Assembly: GCA_049975385.1 (NCBI GenBank)
Contig: JBNGDO010000003.1
Span: 5,460-69,459 of the forward strand
DNA length: 64,000 nucleotides
Origin: Anaerolineae bacterium
GTDB lineage: Bacteria > Chloroflexota > Anaerolineae > B4-G1 > SLSP01
Direction: 5' to 3'
The position numbers and the translations under genes were made by a program. Every line of letters starts with the position of its first letter. Positions within the stretch are counted from its first letter, which is position 1. Positions 1-9,200 of the stretch are shown one piece after another. The notes under the pieces were generated by a model. It did no database searches. It was not told the DNA's origin and worked only from the letters and a program-made list of their open reading frames with translations.

Positions 1-559
1 GGATCGCGTTGTTGGGCGTATAATACGTGTGGTAGTAGTCGCGTAGCATCTCGCACGTCATCGTTTGCAGGTCGCAGAGATGGCCAAGGGTTTCGTGCCC
101 GTAGGGATGCACGCGGTAGGCTGCCGCCGAAACTTCCTCGCCGAGCAGGAACAGCGGCGAGTTCTCATTGCCCTGACGCTCGCTGATGATGACGCTGCGC
201 TCGGACTCGACCTCTTCCGGATCGAAAGCGACGTTGTGCATCCGGTCGGATTCGATGTCGAGTGCCACGGATATTTTGTGGGCGGGGAGGGTTTCGTAGT
301 ACGTGGTGAAGTCGTACCACGTCATCCCATTGAACACACCACCTTCGCGGGCGATGGCCTCATCGGCGGCGCCTTCCGGCCAACGTTCCGAGCCTTTGAA
401 CAGCATATGCTCGACCCAGTGCGAAATGCCCGTCATGCCCTGGCGCTCGTTGCGCACGCCGGCGCGGTACCAGGCCCACACGCTGACGACCGGCGCCGCG
501 TGGCTCTCGCGGATGAGGACGTGCAGGCCATTATCGAGTTTCGTGCGTAATAACGTCAT
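1..559 (-). CDS. M16 family zinc metallopeptidase (pitrilysin/insulinase-like), N-terminal part. The gene runs off the window start.
   Basis: Minus-strand translation from ATG at 559..557 gives MTLLRTKLDNGLHVLIRESHAAPVVSVWAWYRAGVRNERQGMTGISHWVEHMLFKGS..., which contains the inverted zincin motif HWVEH. The ORF continues past position 1. Confidence 0.8.
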   Translation of the reverse strand, partial: MTLLRTKLDNGLHVLIRESHAAPVVSVWAWYRAGVRNERQGMTGISHWVEHMLFKGSERWPEGAADEAIAREGGVFNGMTWYDFTTYYETLPAHKISVALDIESDRMHNVAFDPEEVESERSVIISERQGNENSPLFLLGEEVSAAAYRVHPYGHETLGHLCDLQTMTCEMLRDYYHTYYTPNNAI

Positions 560-578
560 TCAAAAAGCTCCCTTTCAA

Positions 579-613
579 AATGGCAGATGGCAGATGGCAA
601 ATGGCAAATGAGT
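579..613. repeat. Tandem heptamer repeat (ATGGCAG/ATGGCAA, about 5 units) in the 5' region of the M16 peptidase gene.
   Basis: Direct reading: aaatggcagatggcagatggcaaatggcaaatgag. Confidence 0.8.
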
Positions 614-655
614 GAATTTGAGCACATTCTTTTACCCTTTCCCACTATCTTTTCC

Positions 656-693
656 CGTCTACCGTCTACCGTCTCTGTCTACCGTCTACTCGA
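656..693. repeat. GTCTAC/CGTCTA oligomer tandem repeat immediately downstream of the ugd stop. It belongs to the same family as the repeats at 34800..34960.
   Basis: Direct reading: cgtctaccgtctaccgtctctgtctaccgtctactcg. Confidence 0.8.
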
Positions 694-2017
694 TTATCTC
701 TTCGATGCCTACGCCGTTGTAGCCACGCCCGATCGCCATATACAAGAACCCCATTTCGCGCACGAGGTGCGGGTCGTAGATGTTGCGCCCGTCGATCAGG
801 ATAGGCTGGTTCATCGTGTCCCGGATGCGCGCCAGGTCCAGGTTTTTGAATTCGTTCCATTCCGTCACCAGAATGAGCGCGTCGGCGCCTTCCGCCAGGG
901 CATAAGGGTTCTCCGCCATCTCGACTTCGGGCAGCATCCGCCGCGCATTATCCATCGAGACCGGGTCGTATGCCCGGACTTTGGCGCGTTCGCGGAGCAA
1001 ATCCCAGGCGATGTCCACGGAGGGCGCTTCGCGCATATCGTCCGTATTGGGCTTGAAGGCCAGTCCCAGCAGACCGATGGTCTTACCTTCGAGCGTGCCG
1101 CCGAGCAGCTTTTTGACCTTGCGAATGGGCGCTTTGCGCTGGTCGGTGTTGATGTCCATAACGGCGTGGATCAGTTGAGGGTGTCGTCCGGCGACTTCGG
1201 CCATATACGCCAGCGCCTTGACATCCTTGGGGAAACACGAGCCGCCCCAGCCGATCCCGGCATCCAGAAACGCCCTGCCGATGCGTCTATCCATTCCCAT
1301 GCCGGAGGCGACCTCCTTCACATCCGCGCCGAGCGCCTCGCAGATGTTGGCAATTTCGTTGATGAAGGAGATTTTGGCTGCCAGAAAAGCGTTGGAAGCG
1401 TACTTTATCATTTCCGCCGTGCGCAAGTCGGTGATCATGATCGTGGTGCGCAGTGGCAGGTGCAGTTGCGCGACCTTTTCGGCGGCCTCGCGGTCGGTCG
1501 AACCGAGGATCACGCGGTCGGGATTCATAAAGTCGGTGATGGCCGAGCCTTCGCGCAGAAACTCGGGGCATGAGACGACGGCGAATTCCGGCGCGTCGGG
1601 CCGCCGGTTGCGGACAATATCTGCCACCCAGTCGCCGGTGCCCACCGGCACGGTGGACTTGTTGATGATGATAAGGGGGTGCTCCATCACGTCGGCAATG
1701 GATTCCGCCGCCATTCGCACGTAACGTAGATCGGCCTGCCCATCGACGTCCGACGGTGTGCCCACGGCGATGAAGGCATATTCGCTGTCCTTGAGAGCCT
1801 CGGCGTAGGATGTGGTGAAGATGAGTCGCCCGGCTTTCACGTTGCGCTCGACGACTTCCTCCAGTCCTGGCTCGTAGATGGGCATAATGCCCTTGTTGAG
1901 GTTCTCGATACGTTTCTCGTTGATGTCCAGACAGATGACCCGGTTGCCCAGGTCGGCAAAGCTGGCCCCACTCACTAACCCGACGTAACCTACTCCAATC
2001 ACGGCGATATTCTTCAT
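686..2017 (-). CDS. ugd: UDP-glucose 6-dehydrogenase
   Basis: 443-aa ORF. N-terminal Rossmann motif [18 protein letters not shown], the catalytic-region motif [10 protein letters not shown] and a C-terminal UDP-binding domain. It runs end to end like the UDPGDH family. Confidence 0.92.
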   Translation of the reverse strand: MKNIAVIGVGYVGLVSGASFADLGNRVICLDINEKRIENLNKGIMPIYEPGLEEVVERNVKAGRLIFTTSYAEALKDSEYAFIAVGTPSDVDGQADLRYVRMAAESIADVMEHPLIIINKSTVPVGTGDWVADIVRNRRPDAPEFAVVSCPEFLREGSAITDFMNPDRVILGSTDREAAEKVAQLHLPLRTTIMITDLRTAEMIKYASNAFLAAKISFINEIANICEALGADVKEVASGMGMDRRIGRAFLDAGIGWGGSCFPKDVKALAYMAEVAGRHPQLIHAVMDINTDQRKAPIRKVKKLLGGTLEGKTIGLLGLAFKPNTDDMREAPSVDIAWDLLRERAKVRAYDPVSMDNARRMLPEVEMAENPYALAEGADALILVTEWNEFKNLDLARIRDTMNQPILIDGRNIYDPHLVREMGFLYMAIGRGYNGVGIEEIIE

Positions 2018-2112
2018 TATGATTCATCTCCTTGCGGTATGACTTAGTGAAGCGTTTGGAAGTTGAAGAATGATACCACAATTATGATGTTTTCCAAGCA
2101 TTGGAGTATACT

Positions 2113-2160
2113 GATTGTGGATTTGGGGATTGGAGATTGGGAGATTGGAGATTTGGGAAT
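2113..2160. repeat. Tandem GATTGGGA-like octamer repeat in the divergent promoter region between ugd and the M20 gene.
   Basis: Direct reading: gattgtggatttggggattggagattgggagattggagatttgggaat. Confidence 0.8.
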
Positions 2161-3469
2161 GGTAAATTCGGAAATTTGCACATTGACCAATGCGCTTGTG
2201 GCGAAGTTGGTTGCTTACCGGCGCGACTTTCACCGCTATGCCGAGACTGGCTGGCTGGAGTTTCGGACGGCGTCGCTCGTTGCCCGGCGTCTGGCGGACC
2301 TGGGATTCGACGTCTGCGTGGGACGCGAGGTGATACGGGGCGAAGCGCGGATGGGATTGCCTGATCAGGTGACGTTGGATGCCGCCTGGGAGCGTGCGGT
2401 GGCCCAGGGCGGTGATCCGGCGTATCTTGATTTGTTGAAGGGTGGCTTTACCGGCGTCGTGGGCGTGCTCAGGAACGGCGATGGCCCGACGGTGGGATTG
2501 CGTTTCGATATGGATGCCCTGGATATTCAAGAAAGCGCCGCCGAGACCCATCGTCCGGCGCACGAGGGCTTTGCTTCTGTGAATGGTGGCATGGCCCACG
2601 CCTGCGGTCACGATGGGCACACGGCGCTCGGATTGGGCGTGGCCGAGGTGCTGATGGCGCTGCGGGATGTATTCTGCGGCACGGTCAAACTGATCTTCCA
2701 ACCGGCAGAGGAGGGCGTGCGCGGCGCGAAGTCGATGGTGGAGGCCGGCGTGCTGGATGACGTCGATGTCCTGTTGGGCCTGCATCTCTACGGCAGGTGG
2801 AACCTCGGCGAGATCGAGTGCGCCCGCAGCAATTTCCTGGCGACGAGCAAGTTCGACGCGGTCATCAGGGGCGAAGCGGGGCACGCGGGCGGCGATCCGC
2901 AGGCGGGCAAGAACGCGCTGCTGGCTGCCGCGACGGCAGTGATCAACCTGTACGCCATCCCGCGTCACCGGGAGGGCGCGACGCGCATCAACGTGGGAAA
3001 GCTGATTGCCGGAGAGGGGCGCAACGTCATCTGCCCGGAGGCGCGGCTCGTCATCGAGACCCGTGGCGTGGCGACGGAGCTGAACGACTATATGGTCGAG
3101 CGGGCCACGCGCGTACTGACGTCCGCTGCCGCGATGTACGATTGCACCGTAGACATCATCGCGATGGGCAGCGCGCCGTTAGCCGAGAGTGACAAGGCTT
3201 TGGGAGAGCAGGTGGAGTCCATCGCCTTGAGCATGGAGGGCTTTTCCCTGCACCCGCCCGAAAGCGGCGGGGGCAGCGAAGACTACACTTACATGATGCG
3301 TCGCGTGCAAGAGCGTGGCGGCCTGGCAACGCACATCGGCCTGGGCGCGGGCATTGGCGCGGGCGGTCACCACACGGCGACGTTCGACTTCGATGAGCGG
3401 GCTCTCGCCGATGCGGTCAAATTGCTTGTAGCAGTGACGGTGGATGTGTTGGGACAAAAACAGACCTGA
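2159..3469 (+). CDS. M20D family amidohydrolase/peptidase (hippurate hydrolase or aminobenzoyl-glutamate utilization-like).
   Basis: Metal-binding motif HACGHDGH plus the M20 dimerization region. The ORF track begins at 2063, but the first 32 codons overlap the tandem-repeat and promoter region. ATG at 2159 with an upstream GGAGA is preferred. Confidence 0.8.
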   Translation: MVNSEICTLTNALVAKLVAYRRDFHRYAETGWLEFRTASLVARRLADLGFDVCVGREVIRGEARMGLPDQVTLDAAWERAVAQGGDPAYLDLLKGGFTGVVGVLRNGDGPTVGLRFDMDALDIQESAAETHRPAHEGFASVNGGMAHACGHDGHTALGLGVAEVLMALRDVFCGTVKLIFQPAEEGVRGAKSMVEAGVLDDVDVLLGLHLYGRWNLGEIECARSNFLATSKFDAVIRGEAGHAGGDPQAGKNALLAAATAVINLYAIPRHREGATRINVGKLIAGEGRNVICPEARLVIETRGVATELNDYMVERATRVLTSAAAMYDCTVDIIAMGSAPLAESDKALGEQVESIALSMEGFSLHPPESGGGSEDYTYMMRRVQERGGLATHIGLGAGIGAGGHHTATFDFDERALADAVKLLVAVTVDVLGQKQT

Positions 3470-3495
3470 CAGGTCTTCCGAAACCTGTCAGGTCT
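3462..3495. terminator. Bidirectional hairpin terminator between convergent genes.
   Basis: Perfect 13-bp stem agacctgacaggt / acctgtcaggtct with an 8-nt loop. It overlaps the stop codon of the M20 gene and lies 10 nt from the stop of the minus-strand LLM gene. Confidence 0.7.
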
Positions 3496-3505
3496 AGCTT
3501 AGGCG

Positions 3506-4513
3506 TTATTTCGTCGCAAACGTATCGATCATCAATCGCACGTCGCCCAACGGGTACAGAATCGGGCACGTCGCGCCACGTTTGATGTATTCCTGCACCT
3601 TGGCACGGGCTTCTTCCGGCGTGCCGGTGGCGGTGATCTTCAGCACCAGCTCATCGGGGACGTAGATCATCGCTTTTTGGATTTGCTCCTTGGTGGCGGG
3701 CCACCCTAGGATGCCCTGAATCTTCTCCACCACGTCCTTCTTCACGCCGCTGGCCTTGGCGATGTGCGGCTGCTGCGCGAGGTACTGCGTGAGCAGCATC
3801 TTCGCGCCGCGGATGGCCTCCGCCTGATCCTCGTGGACCGAGCAGACGACGAGCTGTGGGCGGTCGAGGTCATCGACGGTGCGGCCGGCTTTGCGCGCGC
3901 CCTTGTCGAGCAGTTCCATCGCCTCGTCGTTGTACTCCGGCGGCACGCAGTAGTTGAGCACCGCGCCGTCGGCGATCTCACCCGTCATCTCCATCATCTG
4001 CGGGCCGGTCGCGCCGATCATAATCGGGACGTTGCGCGGCTCCCGCCGCCCGTGGACGACGTCCAGCTCGATGTTGTTCACGTAGTGGAACTCGCCGTGG
4101 TATGTTACCCGTTCCAGCGCCAGCAGCTTGCGCATCACCTCGACGGTTTCGCGCATGGCGGTGAGCGGCTTGCGCCGGTCGATGCCGACGTTCTTCGCCA
4201 GCGGGTCCCACCACGCGCCGATGCCGCAGATGATGCGGTCGGGCGCGAGGTCGTCCAGCGTGAGGAAGGTCGCCGCCAACAGGCCGATGTTGCGCGTCCA
4301 GTTGTTGATGACGCCGGAACCGATCTTGATGGTGCGGGTGGCGGCCGCGAAGGCCGCCATCGGCACAATGGCGTCGCGGACGAGGCGGCTCTCCGCCTGC
4401 CAGACGGCCTCGAAGCCGCGTTCCTCCGCGTACTGCGCGTAAGCCATCCCGTCGCGGATGGGGTGCGCGTCCTGTAAATACAGCCCTACTCGTGGAATAT
4501 CGTTTTGTGGCAT
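3506..4513 (-). CDS. LLM-class (luciferase-like) F420-dependent oxidoreductase, Mer/Fgd/Adf family.
   Basis: 335-aa TIM-barrel LLM signature. It lies immediately upstream of cofE and fno on the same strand. RBS GGAGG is 7 nt before the ATG. Confidence 0.75.
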   Translation of the reverse strand: MPQNDIPRVGLYLQDAHPIRDGMAYAQYAEERGFEAVWQAESRLVRDAIVPMAAFAAATRTIKIGSGVINNWTRNIGLLAATFLTLDDLAPDRIICGIGAWWDPLAKNVGIDRRKPLTAMRETVEVMRKLLALERVTYHGEFHYVNNIELDVVHGRREPRNVPIMIGATGPQMMEMTGEIADGAVLNYCVPPEYNDEAMELLDKGARKAGRTVDDLDRPQLVVCSVHEDQAEAIRGAKMLLTQYLAQQPHIAKASGVKKDVVEKIQGILGWPATKEQIQKAMIYVPDELVLKITATGTPEEARAKVQEYIKRGATCPILYPLGDVRLMIDTFATK

Positions 4514-4535
4514 AATTACCTCCTGAATGTATGTG

Positions 4536-4620
4536 AGAATCAGCGAATAGAAGAATCAGCGAATCAATGAGCCAGTGGGCCATTCTCTCATTCTTTCATT
4601 CGCTGATTCTTTGATTCTCT
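4536..4620. repeat. Imperfect palindromic oligomer repeat (GAATCAGCGAAT units and their complement) between the LLM gene and cofE.
   Basis: Direct reading: gaatcagcgaatagaagaatcagcgaatcaatgag...ctcattctttcattcgctgattctttgattc. Confidence 0.75.
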
Positions 4621-5409
4621 TTATCTGAACAAGTCTTTCTCTGCTGCGCGCTGCATATCCGTGGCGTGACCGTCGCCGCGCGGGTAGTCGGCTCCACGGA
4701 TGAGGACGACGGGCAGGCCCTCCGCCGCCTGCCCGGTGACGAGGCCCGCTGCCGCCGCCAGCTCGTCGGCGCGGGCGACGGTGGTGACGCGCAGCGCATA
4801 GCCGAACATATCCGGTTGCCCGCGCAGATCGGCGATGGGCAGCATCCCGGCGACGCCGAGTGCCACGTTGACCGTCCCCAGCCGCCAGGGCCGCCCGTGC
4901 GTATCCGTGATGATGACGGCGATGTCCGCACCGGTTGCAGCGACTAACCTCTCACGGATATGTCGCGCTGAGGCATCCGGATTAACCGGTAGCGTGAGCG
5001 CGATTTCGCCTCCGGGACCGAAGACGTTCGAGCGATCTACGCCGGCGTTGGCGCAAATCCAGCCATGGCGTGTCTCCATGATGAGCGTGCCTTCGCGCTG
5101 GCGCACGACGCCGCGTGATCCGCGCAGGATGACTTCGACCAGGCGCGGATCCTTGTCCGTCGCGGCGGCGAGTGTCTGCGCCTCCGGCGACGGCTCGACG
5201 TCGGCGAGGTTCACGGCGCAGCCCTCGGCCTTGGACACGATCTTCTGCGTGACGACCACCACGTCGCCATCGGCCAGTACCAGGCCCGCCCGGTCGAGCG
5301 CGTCGAGGATCAATTGTGCAACGTCATCCCCGGCTTGCACGTCGGGAATGCCCGGCAGGGCGTAGAGCGTGAGTTGCGGGTCGCGAGTTAAGAGTTGCGA
5401 GTTTTGCAT
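4621..5409 (-). CDS. cofE: Coenzyme F420-0:L-glutamate ligase
   Basis: 262-aa ORF. Length and sequence pattern fit the CofE / FbiB N-terminal domain family: ...ITDTHGRPWRLGTVNVALG.... Confidence 0.8.
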   Translation of the reverse strand: MQNSQLLTRDPQLTLYALPGIPDVQAGDDVAQLILDALDRAGLVLADGDVVVVTQKIVSKAEGCAVNLADVEPSPEAQTLAAATDKDPRLVEVILRGSRGVVRQREGTLIMETRHGWICANAGVDRSNVFGPGGEIALTLPVNPDASARHIRERLVAATGADIAVIITDTHGRPWRLGTVNVALGVAGMLPIADLRGQPDMFGYALRVTTVARADELAAAAGLVTGQAAEGLPVVLIRGADYPRGDGHATDMQRAAEKDLFR

Positions 5410-5443
5410 CTTGTTTCTTGCATCCTGCCTCTTGCATCCTGCT

Positions 5444-6106
5444 TCATGGCAGTCCCGTGATACGGATACCCGACCCCGGCACTTTGTAGCGGATGTTGAT
5501 GCCGATGAGGATCGAGGTCAGCCCCTCCACGACTTTGGCGTTGACCAGCGGCCCGGCATCGATGCCGCGTGTGCCGATGTCTTCGGCGAGTTGGATGGCA
5601 ACCGCTTTAGCCGCCTTCTTGTCGCCGCAGACGAGGACATCGCAAGCGATGGGATGCTCCGGGTCTTCCAACGTGTGCGCGCCGACGTTCTGGAACGCGG
5701 CGACGACGTCCACGCCGGAGCCGAGGATGGCCTGGGCCTGCTCGGAGGCCGAGCCTTCGGGCGGAATGTAGACCCGGGCCACTTTGGGCGGCTTCAACGC
5801 GACATTGACGTTGATCAGCGTTTTGCCTTGCAGCGCACCGGTGAGGGTTTCGAGCAGGGCGTTTTGCGCGGCGTAGGGCACGGTCAGCACGGCGACGTCG
5901 CAGGTATACGCGGCGTCGACGTTCGCCATGCCACTGACCAGCGCGTCGCCGAGTTTGGCGTTGACCTCACCGGCAACGCGCTGTGCCTTTTCGGCCTTCC
6001 GCGAGCCGATGATGACGGTGTGCCCGGCTTTGGCCCAGCGCATGGCGAGGCCAGGCCCTTCGTTGCCCGTGCCACCGAGGATGGCAATGGTGTAGTATTG
6101 TGTCAC
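5444..6106 (-). CDS. fno: NADPH-dependent F420 reductase
   Basis: 220-aa ORF with the N-terminal dinucleotide fold IAILGGTGNEGPGLAMRWAKAGHTVIIGSR, typical of Fno/NpdG. Confidence 0.8.
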   Translation of the reverse strand: MTQYYTIAILGGTGNEGPGLAMRWAKAGHTVIIGSRKAEKAQRVAGEVNAKLGDALVSGMANVDAAYTCDVAVLTVPYAAQNALLETLTGALQGKTLINVNVALKPPKVARVYIPPEGSASEQAQAILGSGVDVVAAFQNVGAHTLEDPEHPIACDVLVCGDKKAAKAVAIQLAEDIGTRGIDAGPLVNAKVVEGLTSILIGINIRYKVPGSGIRITGLP

Positions 6107-6109
6107 GTT

Positions 6110-6200
6110 TAGTCCTCCATGATAGTCTGATAGTCGTTAGTCTGGCGTCAGCAAACCACGAATCTACACGAATTTTCACGAATGGCAATCAAGCTCACGG
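6110..6200. repeat. Intergenic oligomer repeats (GATAGTCT x2, then CACGAAT x3).
   Basis: Direct reading: gatagtctgatagtcg ... accacgaatctacacgaattttcacgaatggc. Confidence 0.7.
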
Positions 6201-6202
6201 CA

Positions 6203-9200
6203 TTAGTTACTGTTGCTCTCTCGCAGCACCAAGGGCAGGTAGATGAATCTGATTTCGCTGTTGAGCGGGATGTAGTCGCCTTTGTTCATTGCCATAGCGA
6301 CGTTGCCGGCTTCATCGACGGCCTGTAAGACGTAGCGCGCATTGGCAGGAATGTCTTCCGCGATGCCTGTCCAGCTCTGCCCGGACGGATCGTTGGGGTC
6401 ACGGTCCAGCGGAATGCTCCAGATGCGCTCCGCTGTGATGAAGGTGAAGAAGAATTGCTTGACGAAGCCTTCGGAGTCTTCGGCCGTTGCCTCCAGGGTG
6501 ACGGTAGGCGTGCCCGTGATCCGCAACGCCTGGGCGGTGAGGATGCGCGGTGGCGTGAAGTCTTCATTCCACGGGCGTGTGTAGAGGATGTCGATGAGGG
6601 CATTGGAAACCAACCGCATTTCGCCGCTCCCCGTGTTGTAGAGCGCGAAAGTGCCGGCAACGCTATTTGGCCCTTCCTCGAAGGCGTTGACGGTGAACAG
6701 TCGTGGTGATGACCAGCCCAAGCCTTCATTCAACAACGGTTCGGTCTGCGCCGTATCGGTCACCGGGCGCGTGACGACCGGGTCCATCCTTTCAACCGGC
6801 GTCAGGTTCGCCGACCTGAGCAGCACGCCACGCGGTGTCCAGGCGATCCCATCGGGCAGCGGTGGGAGTTGGATGGAGGCCGATGGCAGCAAGGGACGTC
6901 CGGTCGTCCCGTGCGTCCAGAGGTCTTCGGCGCCGATGCTGTAGTAGTTGCCGGCGTTGCCGCTCCGTTCGTGCAGCTCGGGTGTGACGTAGACGTATTG
7001 CGCCAGGAGTTTGAGACTCAAAGGATTGGTCGCCACCTGCGTCGTGGTGATGGGGGGGACGTAATCGAGTGGGCTGAGCGTGTTCGGTACCTCGACGGTG
7101 TACATCGGCAGCCCGTAGAGCGCGGCTTCCAGGATGGATTTGGCATCGTATGGCGTCAGTCCGCCGTGTGGTAACCCTTGTAGATAGCGTAGTTTGGCAT
7201 TGCGGAGCGCCATCCCGATGGGCACGCCGGTGTAACGGCCCAATTCCTGGGTCAGGTAAACCATCAGGCGTTCCGACCCGGCAATGCCGTCGTCGGTGCC
7301 GTAACCATAGCCGGTGTTGGCGATCCACGTACTACCTTTGGAGACAAGCGCCTGGGGAAAGTCCGGCGTGGTCTGTGCGTAGATGCCGGGGACGTTGTCG
7401 TCGGGGACGCTGTATCCCGCGTGGCAGCCCATCGACCAGGCAATGCTCCCGGCAATTGAGGGGTCTGCATCGATGATGTCAGTGTTGAAGAACAAATCCG
7501 CCGTTGTCGTGGCGCTGGCCGGCAGCGCGGCCCAGTGCTCGAAGTGGGCGTTGACGGCGACCAGGTCCGGGACGGTAGTGCGATTTGTCCATTCGGCGCG
7601 CAGATCATCGGCAGTCCATGTGTTGTTGATCAATGTGCTGGGGAAGGATGGGAAATGCATTGCGCCGAGCGCCCCGGCGATCACGGTGGAGGAGTCGGCG
7701 AGAAAGTCATAGCCGGTGACGAGGGCGCTATTGGAAGATAAGGTGCCGCCAGTTTCCAGGAACACATTGATCGCCAACTCGATGTTCTCCGGTGTCTCGA
7801 CCAGTCGTCCGGTAGCCTGCAAGGGACGCCAGAAGTATTGCCCGCGGTACCCCAATTCCATGCCGGACAATGTGCCGTAGGCGTCGTCGGTGAGATAGAA
7901 TCCCAGCCGGGTGGCCGCGCCCAGCGCTGATCCCGCGTAGCCGATCCTCCCAAATTCGCGCTCATTGGCGATGCGGGTGAAGTCCTTTTGCCGGTAGAAG
8001 GGAATTTGCTCATCGCTACCCGCGAGGACGACGTATTTGATCTCGGGTTCGTTCAACAAGGCCGGAGTCACGACCTCCTCACGGATGGCCTGTACCAATT
8101 GGTTGGCAACCTGGACGTTGCAATAGTTGGCGTTCCAATAAGCGTAGTGTTCATCCACGATCGGGTTGCTTTCGATCGGGTAGAGGATGCCGCGTACGTT
8201 GTCGGCGTCGGCGAGGAGGTGGAGCGCCTCGGTCACGAGTGTCGTTTGCGCCAGACCGTACGTTTGTGCCAGCCGGGTAGGATTGTAGAGGATCAGGGTG
8301 AGTGGGTGCGTTGTCGACGTGACACTGGTGCCGGTGTAAATCTCTGTGGACAGTAGCCCGACAGGATAGTTCGGCGTCCACGTGCAGCCAGGAAGCGACA
8401 ATGGCGATGTTTCTACCGACAAATTGTACGGTTGGTCGGTGTAGGCCGCGCCATCGGTGGGCAGCACGATGGCGTAATAGGTTCCCGGATAAAATGCGAT
8501 CACGCGCACTTGCTCGGCCTGTATCCCAGGATTGGAGGAGATGGAGGCCCAGCCGCCGATGGAGGCCCACCCACCAATGGAAGCCCACCCGCCGATGGAG
8601 GCCCATCCGCCAATCGAGGCCCACCCGCCGATGGACGCCCACCCGCCGATGGACGCCCACCCGCCAATCGACGCCCATCCACCGGTACTCTCGATATTGC
8701 CGTCTTCGTCGGTGATGACGGGATCATCCAACGCGCTCAACTCTTGCCCGGGCGGCAGCTCGGGCAGCAGGCTTGGGTCCGGCGCGACGATGAGTTCGTA
8801 GTCTGCCGGGAGGTTGTGCAGCGTCACGGTGAGCAGCGAGGGTTCAACAATCTCAAAGCTATACCAATCCTTGTCTCCACGCCAGCCAATGGCAGCCGTG
8901 ATGTTGGCGGGGATGCTGAGCGGCGTTGCCGTATCGTAGGTGTTGTTATATTCGTAGGGGTCCAGCGGCGGTTTGGTGGGCGGCAGGACGCGTTCGCCGC
9001 CACCAACCATAATGGCCCCCGCCGTTTCTTGGAGTAGAATTTTCCCGGTGCCGTCAAAAGCCAGGCCGAATTCTTCCATCGTTGCTTGATCCCAATAAAC
9101 ACTGGTGTGGGGCGCAAGCGTCTGCTCGCGGGCGGCTTTTTGTACGCCGTCATTGTTGAAAATCATCAACATAAAGGTGACGTCATATTCGCTGGGATTA

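Noticed and set aside
65-550. 161-aa plus-strand ORF.
   Set aside because: Antisense to the M16 peptidase coding sequence (HxxEH motif on the minus strand).
567-700. Possible CRISPR array, suggested by the short tandem repeats here and at other intergenic sites.
   Set aside because: Units are only 6-12 nt with no unique spacers of 25-40 nt and no cas genes. They are simple oligomer tandem repeats.
587-1573. 328-aa plus-strand ORF, and the small ORFs at 666..860 and 981..1178.
   Set aside because: Entirely antisense to the clear ugd gene. These are high-GC frame artefacts with no motifs.
3764-4477. 237-aa plus-strand ORF and overlapping minus-strand Arg-rich ORFs.
   Set aside because: Antisense or frame-shifted relative to the LLM oxidoreductase gene. 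Low-complexity, typical of spurious high-GC ORFs.
8432-9037. Plus-strand ORFs with MEAHPP or PPADG repeats, and 8151..8678 minus.
   Set aside because: Produced by reading the (GGWASI)x8 DNA repeat in other frames or on the other strand.
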